From positions 62,001-84,588 of IMG/VR virus record IMGVR_UViG_2660238316_000001: DNA of 22,588 nucleotides. One strand, written 5' to 3'. Within the stretch, counting starts at the first letter, position 1, and each line of letters opens with the position of its first letter. The notes beneath the pieces were generated by a model. The model was not told the DNA's origin, did no database searches, and was given only the letters and a program-made list of their open reading frames with translations. The position numbers and the translations under genes were made by a program. This document shows, piece by piece, positions 1 through 8,109 of the stretch. Source of the DNA: an uncultured virus (IMG/VR IMGVR_UViG_2660238316_000001). Its lineage: Duplodnaviria; Heunggongvirae; Uroviricota; Caudoviricetes.

Positions 1-525
1 ATTGGATTGCTGTGATGGCAGACTGCGGATCAACTCTCTATCGTTATTAGCCCGGTCTAACAGGGTCAGTAACGGGTCAATCCACAGCACTGCTTGGCGG
101 TAAGTCATTCTGTGGGGGGAAGTGGCACCAGTAAGGGTTCCGTCAGGTTGGCCGGAATTGCGCATTGCCCTGGCACGTAGACCGTCCGTATAGTCGTACA
201 TCCGCTGAGCAGTAGAATCAGGAATATACCGATCAGCACATTCCTCAACTTTGAGGTCTTTGCGGTTTTCAATTTGCCTTTCCTCGCTTTTGGCAGAAAT
301 GGTGACGTTATAGCTACCGGCCTGCGCAGCTATCTCATTGGAGCGCTGGAACTGAAAAGCCTGTAATGCCTGGGTGGCTTTTGATTCATCCAGATCACTT
401 TGCAGTTGTGATAATTGCCCGGCCTTCTCAACAGCAGATTTGTGGAAATAGAAAGCGGTACCGCCAAGGCACAGGATCACCACCAGCAGAACGCTGGCAA
501 TCGCGATAAGTAGTTTTGTGGACAT
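1..525 (-). CDS. Rz: Rz-like inner-membrane spanin (i-spanin); open to the window edge
   Basis: Hand translation from ATG at 525: MSTKLLIAIASVLLVVILCLGGTAFYFHK... One N-terminal TM segment, then a helical region; no stop before base 1; lies downstream of the endolysin. Confidence 0.85.
   Translation of the reverse strand, partial: MSTKLLIAIASVLLVVILCLGGTAFYFHKSAVEKAGQLSQLQSDLDESKATQALQAFQFQRSNEIAAQAGSYNVTISAKSEERQIENRKDLKVEECADRYIPDSTAQRMYDYTDGLRARAMRNSGQPDGTLTGATSPHRMTYRQAVLWIDPLLTLLDRANNDRELIRSLPSQQSN
105..272 (-). CDS. Rz1: Rz1-like outer-membrane lipoprotein (o-spanin) embedded in Rz in the +1 frame
   Basis: Hand translation from TTG at 272 (GAGGAAAGG upstream): MKTAKTSKLRNVLIGIFLILLLSGC-TTIRTVYVPGQCAIPANLTEPLLVPLPPTE. 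Lipobox LSGC and a Pro-rich mature region. The start codon is uncertain. Confidence 0.8.
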   Translation of the reverse strand: MKTAKTSKLRNVLIGIFLILLLSGCTTIRTVYVPGQCAIPANLTEPLLVPLPPTE

Positions 526-656
526 ATCAAGATCCGGGCTTAATGCCGTTTACTATGAAAAAAGCAGGGGTAATGGCATACACCAGTGATTCAGATTTCA
601 CGTAGCGTCACCAAAACAGCATGTAAATGGGTGTTATTAGCTAATTTATAACGGTT

Positions 657-1145
657 TTATGGCATCAGACATAATTCGCGCTCGACTTCACGACGATTGA
701 CTAACCCCTTCCAGACCTTGCCACCAGCCTTAATCCATCTACGCAGCTCATCGCACGCGCCAGAAGTATCGCCACGGTTGAGTTTTTTCACCATGGTGGA
801 ATTGGTCATGGCAGTAATACCAACGTTGTAGCCAAATGATGCCAGGGCAGCTTTACGGAAATCGGACATTGGAACGTTAACGATGCGGTCGATGGCGGCA
901 AATACGGGGATCAAATCTTTGTGTAGCAAAGCATCACATTCAGCATCACTGTAACGTTTGCTGGGGATGATATCTTTGCCAGTGTGACCATCGCAGACCG
1001 TTAGCACGCCAACCACATCACGATAAGGCATATACTCACGCCCTTCCAATCCATCGCTGCCGCCCACAAGGGCAATTGCGATCGCCATAGCACCACCAGC
1101 AACTACACCGTATATTTTCTTCATTAAAGGGGAGGACACTGCCAT
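657..1145 (-). CDS. SAR endolysin, GH24 phage lysozyme
   Basis: Gly/Ala-rich N-terminal SAR segment, LEG...YRDVVGVLTVCDGHT catalytic region (E, D, T) and GLVNRREVERELC C-terminus. Confidence 0.95.
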   Translation of the reverse strand: MAVSSPLMKKIYGVVAGGAMAIAIALVGGSDGLEGREYMPYRDVVGVLTVCDGHTGKDIIPSKRYSDAECDALLHKDLIPVFAAIDRIVNVPMSDFRKAALASFGYNVGITAMTNSTMVKKLNRGDTSGACDELRRWIKAGGKVWKGLVNRREVERELCLMP

Positions 1146-1381
1146 TATTTATCCCCCCTGATTATTGTGTATCCCTCTCGCGCTGCTTTTTCGATAGCTT
1201 TTGTCTGCCGGCGCTGCCAGTAGGCGTTCAGAAAAAAGGTAGCCACCCCGATGATAATACCGATGACAATCGCCCAATCATTCAGGGTTAAATCTTTTAA
1301 TAGGTTACCCAGCTTCCCAACCAATACCAGCACCGCCCCTGTGAGATATGAGGCAAATGATGTTTTTTCAGGCATTTTCAT
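1145..1381 (-). CDS. Holin with dual-start motif (M-K-M), two TM segments, probably a pinholin
   Basis: MKMPEK start, two hydrophobic segments, basic C-terminus; directly upstream of a SAR endolysin; small hairpin (1391-1403) beside the SD. Confidence 0.88.
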   Translation of the reverse strand: MKMPEKTSFASYLTGAVLVLVGKLGNLLKDLTLNDWAIVIGIIIGVATFFLNAYWQRRQTKAIEKAAREGYTIIRGDK

Positions 1382-1407
1382 GCTCCACCTCCCCGATTTG
1401 GGGAAAT

Positions 1408-1441
1408 AAAAAAGCCTGCTGGGCGAACCATGCAGGCTTTT
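1408..1441 (-). terminator. Second late-leader intrinsic terminator (possibly bidirectional)
   Basis: Minus strand AAAAGCCTGC-atggttcgccca-GCAGGCTTTTTT. Confidence 0.8.
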
Positions 1442-1473
1442 GGGGTAGTCAGGACTGACCGGAACTGACCAAT

Positions 1474-1506
1474 AAAAAACCGGAGCAGCTTTTAAGCATA
1501 CTCCGG
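1474..1506 (-). terminator. tR'-like hairpin with U6 tract just downstream of pR'
   Basis: Minus strand CCGGAGTATGCTTAAAAGCTGCTCCGG-TTTTTT. The stem extends through a G.U pair that exists only on the minus-strand RNA. Confidence 0.72.
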
Positions 1507-1517
1507 CATCTTTCTGT

Positions 1518-1546
1518 AATTTAGCGAGAGTTTATTCGTTAGGCAA
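1518..1546 (-). promoter_or_regulatory. Late promoter pR'
   Basis: TTGCCT-N17-TAAATT (lambda pR' is TTGACT-N17-TAAATT). A -10-like TATGCT in the initial transcribed region could be a sigma70 pause element. It sits upstream of terminators and the lysis genes. Confidence 0.72.
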
Positions 1547-2075
1547 GCAAAATCTCGGTCCAAGGCATCGATATTATTTTAATAATAAAACAAGCGAGCA
1601 ACAATAAAGATCCTATGACTGAACTAATTAATGTCAATGGGAATATAATTATCCATACTCGCATCATTGAATTACTAATAACTAACTCTTCTTTTTTTAC
1701 TTTTAAAAGTGCATCATCGTATGTCTTAAGATTAGTATAATCGCTAGCCGCTTTTATAAGCTCCTGTGAAAGTCTCATTGCCTTATGCTGAATCGCCAGT
1801 TTGTATATTTCAAAAGAAACAAAAAGACATGTAGATATAAACATCGAGGCAATGGAAAGCCAAACAAGCCAAGGGGTAAGCTCTTTATAGGTGCTAATCC
1901 ATGTCGTGTAGAATACTGTAAAGCCAGCAACTATTATCAGATTAGTATATTGATTGGCATTATCATAATTTCTTTTTTGTATCTCCATGATTTTTTCAAC
2001 TCTCTCAGTTGAAATTCTTCTGGCTTCTGACTCCGCGTACATTTGGGATGACGACTTAAATAGATCGTTATTCAT
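1539..2075 (-). CDS. AT-rich hypothetical membrane protein (about 3 TM segments), moron between Q and pR'
   Basis: 178-aa ORF with a GAGG SD, three hydrophobic stretches and visibly AT-rich composition. Confidence 0.8.
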   Translation of the reverse strand: MNNDLFKSSSQMYAESEARRISTERVEKIMEIQKRNYDNANQYTNLIIVAGFTVFYTTWISTYKELTPWLVWLSIASMFISTCLFVSFEIYKLAIQHKAMRLSQELIKAASDYTNLKTYDDALLKVKKEELVISNSMMRVWIIIFPLTLISSVIGSLLLLACFIIKIISMPWTEILLA

Positions 2076-2098
2076 GACTCAAACCTCAACAGGATATT

Positions 2099-2908
2099 TT
2101 AATTATTTAACTCAGCTTTGAGTCGATTATGCATATATTCTTCAGCTTCAGTGAGTCTTATGTACAGCATTTGCATGCACTCGTTCACTAATGACTGGTA
2201 TTGAGTCCCCCACTCCCCGGCGGATATCTCAGCCCCTATGATGCCCATAGATTTGCGCAGATGTTCCATTGTTGGCGGTATACGGCCACCACCACCGCAT
2301 TCGTTGCATGTTTCTGGATGAGGACGCAGGGTTTTACCGGCACCATGGCAACGTGGGCATACCTGCGTTACAGATGCCTGCTGATTAGCCCATGCACGCA
2401 ATGCTCCGCGTTCTGTTTTGATTTTAGACTGAAGGGTTTTTATTTCATCTGCCAGTAATGCGATAGTGCCATCATCAAGGGCCTGGGCTTTATCTCTTTC
2501 TAGTAATTTGATTTGCTGCTGGAGTCCCTCAACAACTTTTCTGGTGATACCGGTACGGGATCCGTAACGCCGCAGCAAAGTGGCAATTTGCTCTACCTGC
2601 GCCGGGAGGTTTCTATTCAACACCATATTCAGCGCTAACTGGCAGGCAGCAATGGCACGAGATGGATGTGGTCGCTTATGCAGCCACACACTAATTGCGG
2701 CCCGTAAGCGTTGCTCGGCTTTGCAATCATTGCGGTATTTGGTCATCAAAATATCAAATCCGACAGGGTGTATATGCTGGCAGGTAGCAAAAGTACCTAA
2801 TATCTGGTCTTTGGTCAGAACTGCACGACCTCTGCCAATGTTCAGCGATTCAATGCTGACGCAGCGCGGATCGTGCATTTTGATAAGTTGTTCAATTGCA
2901 GTGGTCAT
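2099..2908 (-). CDS. Q-like late antitermination protein (TIGR02642-like phage protein with zinc finger)
   Basis: CPRCHGAGK...CNECGGGG DnaJ-type Cys motifs; position between the nin region and pR'/lysis genes. Confidence 0.75.
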   Translation of the reverse strand: MTTAIEQLIKMHDPRCVSIESLNIGRGRAVLTKDQILGTFATCQHIHPVGFDILMTKYRNDCKAEQRLRAAISVWLHKRPHPSRAIAACQLALNMVLNRNLPAQVEQIATLLRRYGSRTGITRKVVEGLQQQIKLLERDKAQALDDGTIALLADEIKTLQSKIKTERGALRAWANQQASVTQVCPRCHGAGKTLRPHPETCNECGGGGRIPPTMEHLRKSMGIIGAEISAGEWGTQYQSLVNECMQMLYIRLTEAEEYMHNRLKAELNN

Positions 2909-2953
2909 TGGTCAGTCCCCTTTTTGAGTCTAAACCAATGATAAACATTATCC

Positions 2954-2992
2954 CACATAATGCAATTTAAGATAAAATAATTGCATTATGTG
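2954..2992. repeat. Perfect 14-bp inverted repeat between the TIR gene and Q
   Basis: CACATAATGCAATT-N11-AATTGCATTATGTG. Confidence 0.9.
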
Positions 2993-2997
2993 AAACA

Positions 2998-3864
2998 TTA
3001 AAGTGCCTTATTCATATCTATTTCGTAGCCAGATTTAATTAATTCTTTGGCAAGCATTAACTTCCAAGCCCCTGCTGCATCTTGGGATACATATACAACC
3101 CCACTTATATCGTTAGGTGTCTCGACTACCCCTTTAACTAAGGCACACACATTTTTCCTTGACAGTTTACCTATCAAGTATCCATGTTCAAAAACAACAT
3201 TCTGCCTGGCTCGAGGCTTATATTCCGGATTGTTAGATTGTTTTGCACCGATATCACATGGGGTATAGAGCACTACACCAAATCCAACATTCGTATACTC
3301 TTCTATCTTTTCAATTATAGTGCTACCAGAACTCGCCTGTTCGTGTAGAACTATAGGCTCAAGTCCCAATTTATTAAGGAATACTGCGACCTCGAGCCTT
3401 GCAGAGTCATCTTGTCCATGCACTATGAAAACTTTCTTTCTGTCAATCGCATTAATTTGTTTTTGCTCTTTCTCTTCAAGTTTTACTTTCGAGCCAAGAG
3501 TCTCTTTAGCCTCATTAAGTATGATTCTTGTTATGTCTTTTGAGTCCAGATTCGAACCACTAAAATGAAAGACAGAATCCTTTTCACCGATAAAATAAAT
3601 TACGCCATCTGGTATTCTTGAGTTAGCTCTTTCTGTAATTTGATTGCTATTAAATTCACTCTCGAAAACAACTAATCTTTTTATTCCATCTCTCTTTAAA
3701 AAATAGCCACTAAATTGAAACTCCTCATTCCTTAAATAGGGATGAAGGATATTTTCAAAAATTGTATTTTTATCTGTATAATTATACTCCTCATGTGAAA
3801 CTGTTGATGACTGACCCTTTTTAGTCGCACTGTTTTCTACTTCGATCATAATATGATAGTACAT
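2998..3864 (-). CDS. TIR-like domain nucleotide-binding protein (CAP12/Pycsar-type TIR, COG4271-like)
   Basis: KVFIVHGQD, LGLEPIVLHEQ, TIIEKIE, ARQNVVFEHGYLIGKL and ETPNDISGVVY motifs; AT-rich. Confidence 0.9.
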   Translation of the reverse strand: MYYHIMIEVENSATKKGQSSTVSHEEYNYTDKNTIFENILHPYLRNEEFQFSGYFLKRDGIKRLVVFESEFNSNQITERANSRIPDGVIYFIGEKDSVFHFSGSNLDSKDITRIILNEAKETLGSKVKLEEKEQKQINAIDRKKVFIVHGQDDSARLEVAVFLNKLGLEPIVLHEQASSGSTIIEKIEEYTNVGFGVVLYTPCDIGAKQSNNPEYKPRARQNVVFEHGYLIGKLSRKNVCALVKGVVETPNDISGVVYVSQDAAGAWKLMLAKELIKSGYEIDMNKAL

Positions 3865-3883
3865 ACTTACCCTCTGTAACTGC

Positions 3884-4327
3884 TTAATTTATTTTGATAT
3901 AATTTATCACTTTCTGTAACGCTTGTTCAAAACAAATGCAGTGTTCTACATCATATTTTTGTTCTTTTAATTTTTTTATCCAATCTTTTTGTTCTGGACT
4001 TAATTTCCCTGATTTTGACTTCATCTCTATCCACAACCCCGCATACCCGCCACGCGGCAGCGCCAGAAACAAATCTGGCACGCCTTTCCTCAACCCAAGC
4101 CGCTTAGCATCCCTTGCCGCCTTTGGCCCTCGCTTCCCCTCATTGGGTATATGGATCAGATAGTCCCCGATACAAATACCATTGATAACAGTTTTATCTG
4201 CCCACTCAATCAACGCGGCCTGTTCCTCGGTTTCCGCCTGGTGGTTAACTTTACGAACTTTCCCGTTACGCACTTCCAGCTTTGCTGCTGTTCCGATGAT
4301 ACCAATGGCATCTATGCTATTAAGCAA
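3884..4327 (-). CDS. VRR-NUC domain nuclease (PD-(D/E)XK; putative resolvase)
   Basis: HIPNEGKR...GLRKGVPDLFL...LWIEMK...GKLSPEQKDW. Confidence 0.9.
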   Translation of the reverse strand: MLNSIDAIGIIGTAAKLEVRNGKVRKVNHQAETEEQAALIEWADKTVINGICIGDYLIHIPNEGKRGPKAARDAKRLGLRKGVPDLFLALPRGGYAGLWIEMKSKSGKLSPEQKDWIKKLKEQKYDVEHCICFEQALQKVINYIKIN

Positions 4328-4649
4328 ACTGGCCCCCTTTAGCGATTACCAGCGATTCCTCCAGCCAAACCCTAAAAGTTGCATGCAATGCCAGTAATAT
4401 CGTTTCCTCAAGCTCTCCGGGCTGCCATTCATATGGTACCCGCCCATCAATAACATCATGGCAGCAGTTGCACCCAAATACGGCCCAGTAGTCATCTGAC
4501 TTATACCCCATGCCGTGGGTGGAACTGGGCAAATGGCACAGTACCGTTGTTTCTGGATTGCTGTTACAGATACCGGGGATCTGGAGCGTGCAGCATTGGC
4601 CCCGCGCAGAATCGCGCAGGGCTTTACTTCTAAACGCCGGAGATTTCAT
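4320..4649 (-). CDS. DUF1364/YbcO-like phage nin-region protein
   Basis: LRDSARGQCCTLQIPGICNSNPETTVLCHL...GCNCCHDVIDGR; start reassigned to ATG 4649 (GGAG SD). Confidence 0.85.
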   Translation of the reverse strand: MKSPAFRSKALRDSARGQCCTLQIPGICNSNPETTVLCHLPSSTHGMGYKSDDYWAVFGCNCCHDVIDGRVPYEWQPGELEETILLALHATFRVWLEESLVIAKGGQFA

Positions 4650-4650
4650 C

Positions 4651-5298
4651 TCAATACTCCAGCAGCCGGTTAACTGCCAGTTCCATTTCATACTCGTTAT
4701 CAAAGTGCTGGCCTAATGTCTCATTCCAGATAACACCGGCCACCCCTTTATAAATCCGGTCAAAAGCGCCCTGATCCATGTTCACAAACGCGATACTCCA
4801 ACGCTGTTTCAATGTGCCACCCTCGGGGTTGGGCATCAGGTCATAAAATCCGGCTTTGATCATGACGTGGTTGAAATAAGCCATATCCGTCTTTACCGCC
4901 TCCCCATCAAACCTTTTCTGGCGCTGCCTGATTACCCGGTCTAATACCGCTTGCGCGATGGATTTGGTCACCTTTTCATAAAGCTCTGGATCTCCTGCGG
5001 CACTGCCCACGGCTTTAGCCACCTCATGGGCGATCCATTCCTCTGGCGCACTAACAAAGGTCCAATCCGGTACCCAATATGAGAAACCCAGCTCCAACAA
5101 TTTCCAGAATTTACGGTGATGCTTCAAGTTGCGCCGGTCGCCAATTGGACTCATTGAAATTGGAGTGCCAACAGGCACCCCTTTCATCGTTTCGCGATCA
5201 TGATCAGTGGCGTACTTGATTCCACCACCAGGCAACAGGACGCCCAGCACCTCAGTCTTTTTCTTTCTCGGGGACTTAGTTCGCTGCGCTGTTGTCAT
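4651..5298 (-). CDS. DUF1367-like phage protein
   Basis: RRNLKHHRKFWKLLELGFSYW and SIAFVNMDQGAFDRIYK; start reassigned to ATG 5298, which overlaps the upstream stop. Confidence 0.8.
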   Translation of the reverse strand: MTTAQRTKSPRKKKTEVLGVLLPGGGIKYATDHDRETMKGVPVGTPISMSPIGDRRNLKHHRKFWKLLELGFSYWVPDWTFVSAPEEWIAHEVAKAVGSAAGDPELYEKVTKSIAQAVLDRVIRQRQKRFDGEAVKTDMAYFNHVMIKAGFYDLMPNPEGGTLKQRWSIAFVNMDQGAFDRIYKGVAGVIWNETLGQHFDNEYEMELAVNRLLEY

Positions 5299-6842
5299 AA
5301 AATCCCCTCCGGCTCTATGAGGGATAGTCTGGTGGCATTTGGTGCCTGATCCCCCCAAACGTCCCAGCCGGGCGATGAAGTACGCGCAAACAGTTCTATG
5401 CGACGAGCATTTTTGAATCGGCGCTCGATCTGCTCACGAAAAAAATGAGGTTTCCCCGAGTGGGTACCAGTATATTTTTCTTCATAGACAGTGTACTGAT
5501 TGCGCTCAGTCTGGTTGCTGCAAACTTTGCCTCGAGTGAATAGAAGTAAAAACTCAGCGTCATTCATTCCCCAAGGGCCGACCACACCATGACGACTGCC
5601 GGTATGTTTCTTCTTCTCCCATACTTTATCGATACGGATAAATTTAAAGCCCCATGCAGCTCCGACAATCAACGCCTCTGATACCATAGCTCCTGTCACC
5701 CACATGAACAGCGCGGCATTTTGGCTGGCGATGCTTTTAACCTGCATGCCGCATAGTTCTGCAACTGACATTGTTGAGTAATCCAGCAGAACCCCTCTAT
5801 TTGGCTTACTTCCATACTGCCAAGGCGGATCGGCATAAATAACATCGTAAAGCAGTGGCGGTAACACATCTGCAATCCGCTGACCTAGCCAGTGCATGAC
5901 GTTGACAGCCATTGAATTACCAATTGCTTTATATCGAGGAGCATCTGTAACCAACTTGCCCTTATAATTAATTAAAGTATGGTTATCAGAAAATCCATTA
6001 AGCCTTTCATACTCAACCGGAAGAAGCTTTCTTACTCGGCCATCTCCTGTAACAACCAAATCTCGGGCATCTTTATAATCTCTTGCAGACAAGGTGCTAC
6101 TTAAACCGTCGGCTATATAGCTGTCTGTTCTTCGGAAACGATACAGAGAGCTTCCATCAATGGTTGTGGTGCAGCGTTTGCTCCTAATAAGATCCGGCGA
6201 TACCGACCCTGAGTAGCTTTCAAGCTCAAATAGTACTTTTGCGGGATTAAGGTCATTTCGAGCACTTGCGATAAGCAGGATCCGACGGCGTTGTTGGGCC
6301 ACTCCGAAATATTGGGCGTCTTTAATGATCCACGCGATTGCTCTTTTGGGTCCAGACACATAACCAGCGTTCGTCCATTTTTTCCCTGATGGGACAAGTG
6401 GTTCATCTTCTCCGGCAAGTGCTGCAAGAAAACACCCGAATGCGTTGTCTTTGCTGCTGAGGACGCCAGGCACGTTTTCCCAGACGATGATGGATTCTTT
6501 TTCGCCACGTTCGCGGCGCGCGTCGTCAATTGCATCTGCTAATTCCACATATGAAAGAGTTAACTGGCCTCGGGCATCTGCCAGACCATTACGCAGGCCA
6601 GCAATGCTGAACGCCTGACAAGGAGTGCCACCTACCAGAATATCTGGGGCTTCCACACTTCCGACTCGAACCAGCTCGGCAATCTTAGTCATGTCACCAA
6701 GGTTGATAACTGCTGGCCATCGATGTGCCAAAACGGCTGAAGGGAATGGTTCTATTTCACTAAACCATGCCGCTGACCAGCCAAGGGGTTCCCACGCAAG
6801 GCTTGCTGCTTCAATACCACTGCACACTGATCCATATCTCAT
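5295..6842 (-). CDS. Fused DNA methyltransferase: N-terminal C5-cytosine MTase plus C-terminal MT-A70 (N6-adenine) domain
   Basis: C5 motifs SVCSGIE, GGTPCQAFS, WENVPG, QQRRRI and YKAIGNSMAV, followed in frame by YDVIYADPPW, HSGKP, RIELFAR and GWDVWGDQ. Confidence 0.9.
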   Translation of the reverse strand: MRYGSVCSGIEAASLAWEPLGWSAAWFSEIEPFPSAVLAHRWPAVINLGDMTKIAELVRVGSVEAPDILVGGTPCQAFSIAGLRNGLADARGQLTLSYVELADAIDDARRERGEKESIIVWENVPGVLSSKDNAFGCFLAALAGEDEPLVPSGKKWTNAGYVSGPKRAIAWIIKDAQYFGVAQQRRRILLIASARNDLNPAKVLFELESYSGSVSPDLIRSKRCTTTIDGSSLYRFRRTDSYIADGLSSTLSARDYKDARDLVVTGDGRVRKLLPVEYERLNGFSDNHTLINYKGKLVTDAPRYKAIGNSMAVNVMHWLGQRIADVLPPLLYDVIYADPPWQYGSKPNRGVLLDYSTMSVAELCGMQVKSIASQNAALFMWVTGAMVSEALIVGAAWGFKFIRIDKVWEKKKHTGSRHGVVGPWGMNDAEFLLLFTRGKVCSNQTERNQYTVYEEKYTGTHSGKPHFFREQIERRFKNARRIELFARTSSPGWDVWGDQAPNATRLSLIEPEGIL

Positions 6843-7765
6843 GCTGCCCCCCCCTTCTTAACTGGGTACGCAGATAAAATGCTTTCGATACGAGCAGGAA
6901 CCAAATCAGCGTACGCTGGGTTCAATTCGCAAAGAATAGCTTTACGACCATTGCCTATAGCTACGCCAGCAGTAGTACCACTACCGCCGAATGGATCCAT
7001 GATCACACCGCCAGCCGGGCAACCAGCTAAAACACAAGGCTCAATTAGTGCTGGCGGGAAAGTAGCGAAATGGGCTTCTTTGTAACCACGAGTGGCCACA
7101 GTCCAAACGTTGCGTTTTGCCCGCATACCGTCTGAGACGGTATCTTTACGATCGGCACGATGAGTACCAACATTTTGCCCCGGTATAACTACCGCACGCT
7201 TACTATCTTCCCGTTTGAAGTTATCGCGGGCTGATATCCTCCCTCGATTTCTGTCACTCTTATCCATGCCATGCCCAAAGCCGACACCGGTATTTTTACC
7301 GTTGTAGACAGATGGCTCTCTAATTGCTTCATGATCGAAGTAATAGCTTTTTGACTTACTCAATAAGAAAATATATTCGTGGGCTTTGGTACAGCGATCA
7401 CGCACGCTCTCTGGCATAGGATTGGATTTGTGCCAAATAATATCTTGGCGAAGGATCCAACCGTCATTTTGTAACGCAAAAGCGAAGCGCCATGGCATTC
7501 CATTCAGTTGCTTCCCTTTGCCCCAACTATCACCCATGTTTACCCATAATGTCCCATCGTCACGAAGAACACGGCGAACCTCACTAAATACCCCAACAAG
7601 CCGTTGAATAAACGCCTCTGGGTTTTCCTCTAAACCAATCTGCCCTTCAACACCATAATCACGCAGCCCATAATACGGCGGGCTGGTAATGCAGCTATGA
7701 ACGGATTGATCTGCCATTTTGCGCATTGAGTCTATGCAATCACCGATAAAAATCTGGTAACTCAT
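6839..7765 (-). CDS. Beta-class N4-cytosine/N6-adenine DNA methyltransferase
   Basis: TSPPY catalytic motif precedes the DPFGGSGTT SAM-binding motif; HFATFP; start reassigned to ATG 7765 (GGAGG SD). Confidence 0.93.
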   Translation of the reverse strand: MSYQIFIGDCIDSMRKMADQSVHSCITSPPYYGLRDYGVEGQIGLEENPEAFIQRLVGVFSEVRRVLRDDGTLWVNMGDSWGKGKQLNGMPWRFAFALQNDGWILRQDIIWHKSNPMPESVRDRCTKAHEYIFLLSKSKSYYFDHEAIREPSVYNGKNTGVGFGHGMDKSDRNRGRISARDNFKREDSKRAVVIPGQNVGTHRADRKDTVSDGMRAKRNVWTVATRGYKEAHFATFPPALIEPCVLAGCPAGGVIMDPFGGSGTTAGVAIGNGRKAILCELNPAYADLVPARIESILSAYPVKKGGAA

Positions 7766-8109
7766 TGCATGCCTCCTTGCGTGGTAGGAACCAGGCGATA
7801 AAACCAAACACGCTTACCGCTATCCTCATTGCGGACAGTTCTAACCTGTTTCACCAGCCCATGACGGACAGGATTAATTTCACGCAAGCGTGCGCTTATG
7901 GCGGTCTGGGTATCACCTTCACCGGGGAACATCTGGGATAATAATTTTTCGAGATCGCGCAGGGTCCGCCAGTCAGCACCACTGGCGGCACTGATCACGC
8001 GGTTTAACTGGCTGTTTGCATCTCTTAACCGACCAGCCAGACGCATAGACCTTACATCGTTGTTAATACCAACCCTTTCGGCGTTGGGTACGTGTGGCTT
8101 GATCACCAT
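7762..8109 (-). CDS. Hypothetical phage protein, possible winged-helix DNA-binding protein
   Basis: Overlaps both neighbours at start and stop; WRTLRDL...TAISARLRE...WFYRL pattern. Confidence 0.7.
   Translation of the reverse strand: MVIKPHVPNAERVGINNDVRSMRLAGRLRDANSQLNRVISAASGADWRTLRDLEKLLSQMFPGEGDTQTAISARLREINPVRHGLVKQVRTVRNEDSGKRVWFYRLVPTTQGGMQ

Larger units (their letters stand above)
1408..1511 (-). ncRNA. Candidate ~100-nt pR'-derived small RNA carrying two antisense copies of the shared translation-start motif
   Basis: Promoter, 5' hairpin, single-stranded UUAUUGGUCAGUUCCGGUCAGUCCU, then terminator. Expression is inferred, not shown. Confidence 0.45.

Noticed and set aside
100..125. 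Possible frameshift in the G6 run truncating Rz1, since o-spanin-like sequence seems to continue in the Rz frame
   Set aside because: A short Pro-rich Rz1 fully embedded in an open Rz frame is the normal lambda-type arrangement, so no error needs to be invoked.
2998..3864. Complete CBASS, Pycsar or Thoeris system
   Set aside because: No cyclase or ThsA-like partner is recognisable in the window.
3884..7765. Restriction-modification system formed by the MTases plus VRR-NUC
   Set aside because: VRR-NUC and DUF1364-like genes are ordinary nin-region genes and the MTases resemble orphan phage enzymes.
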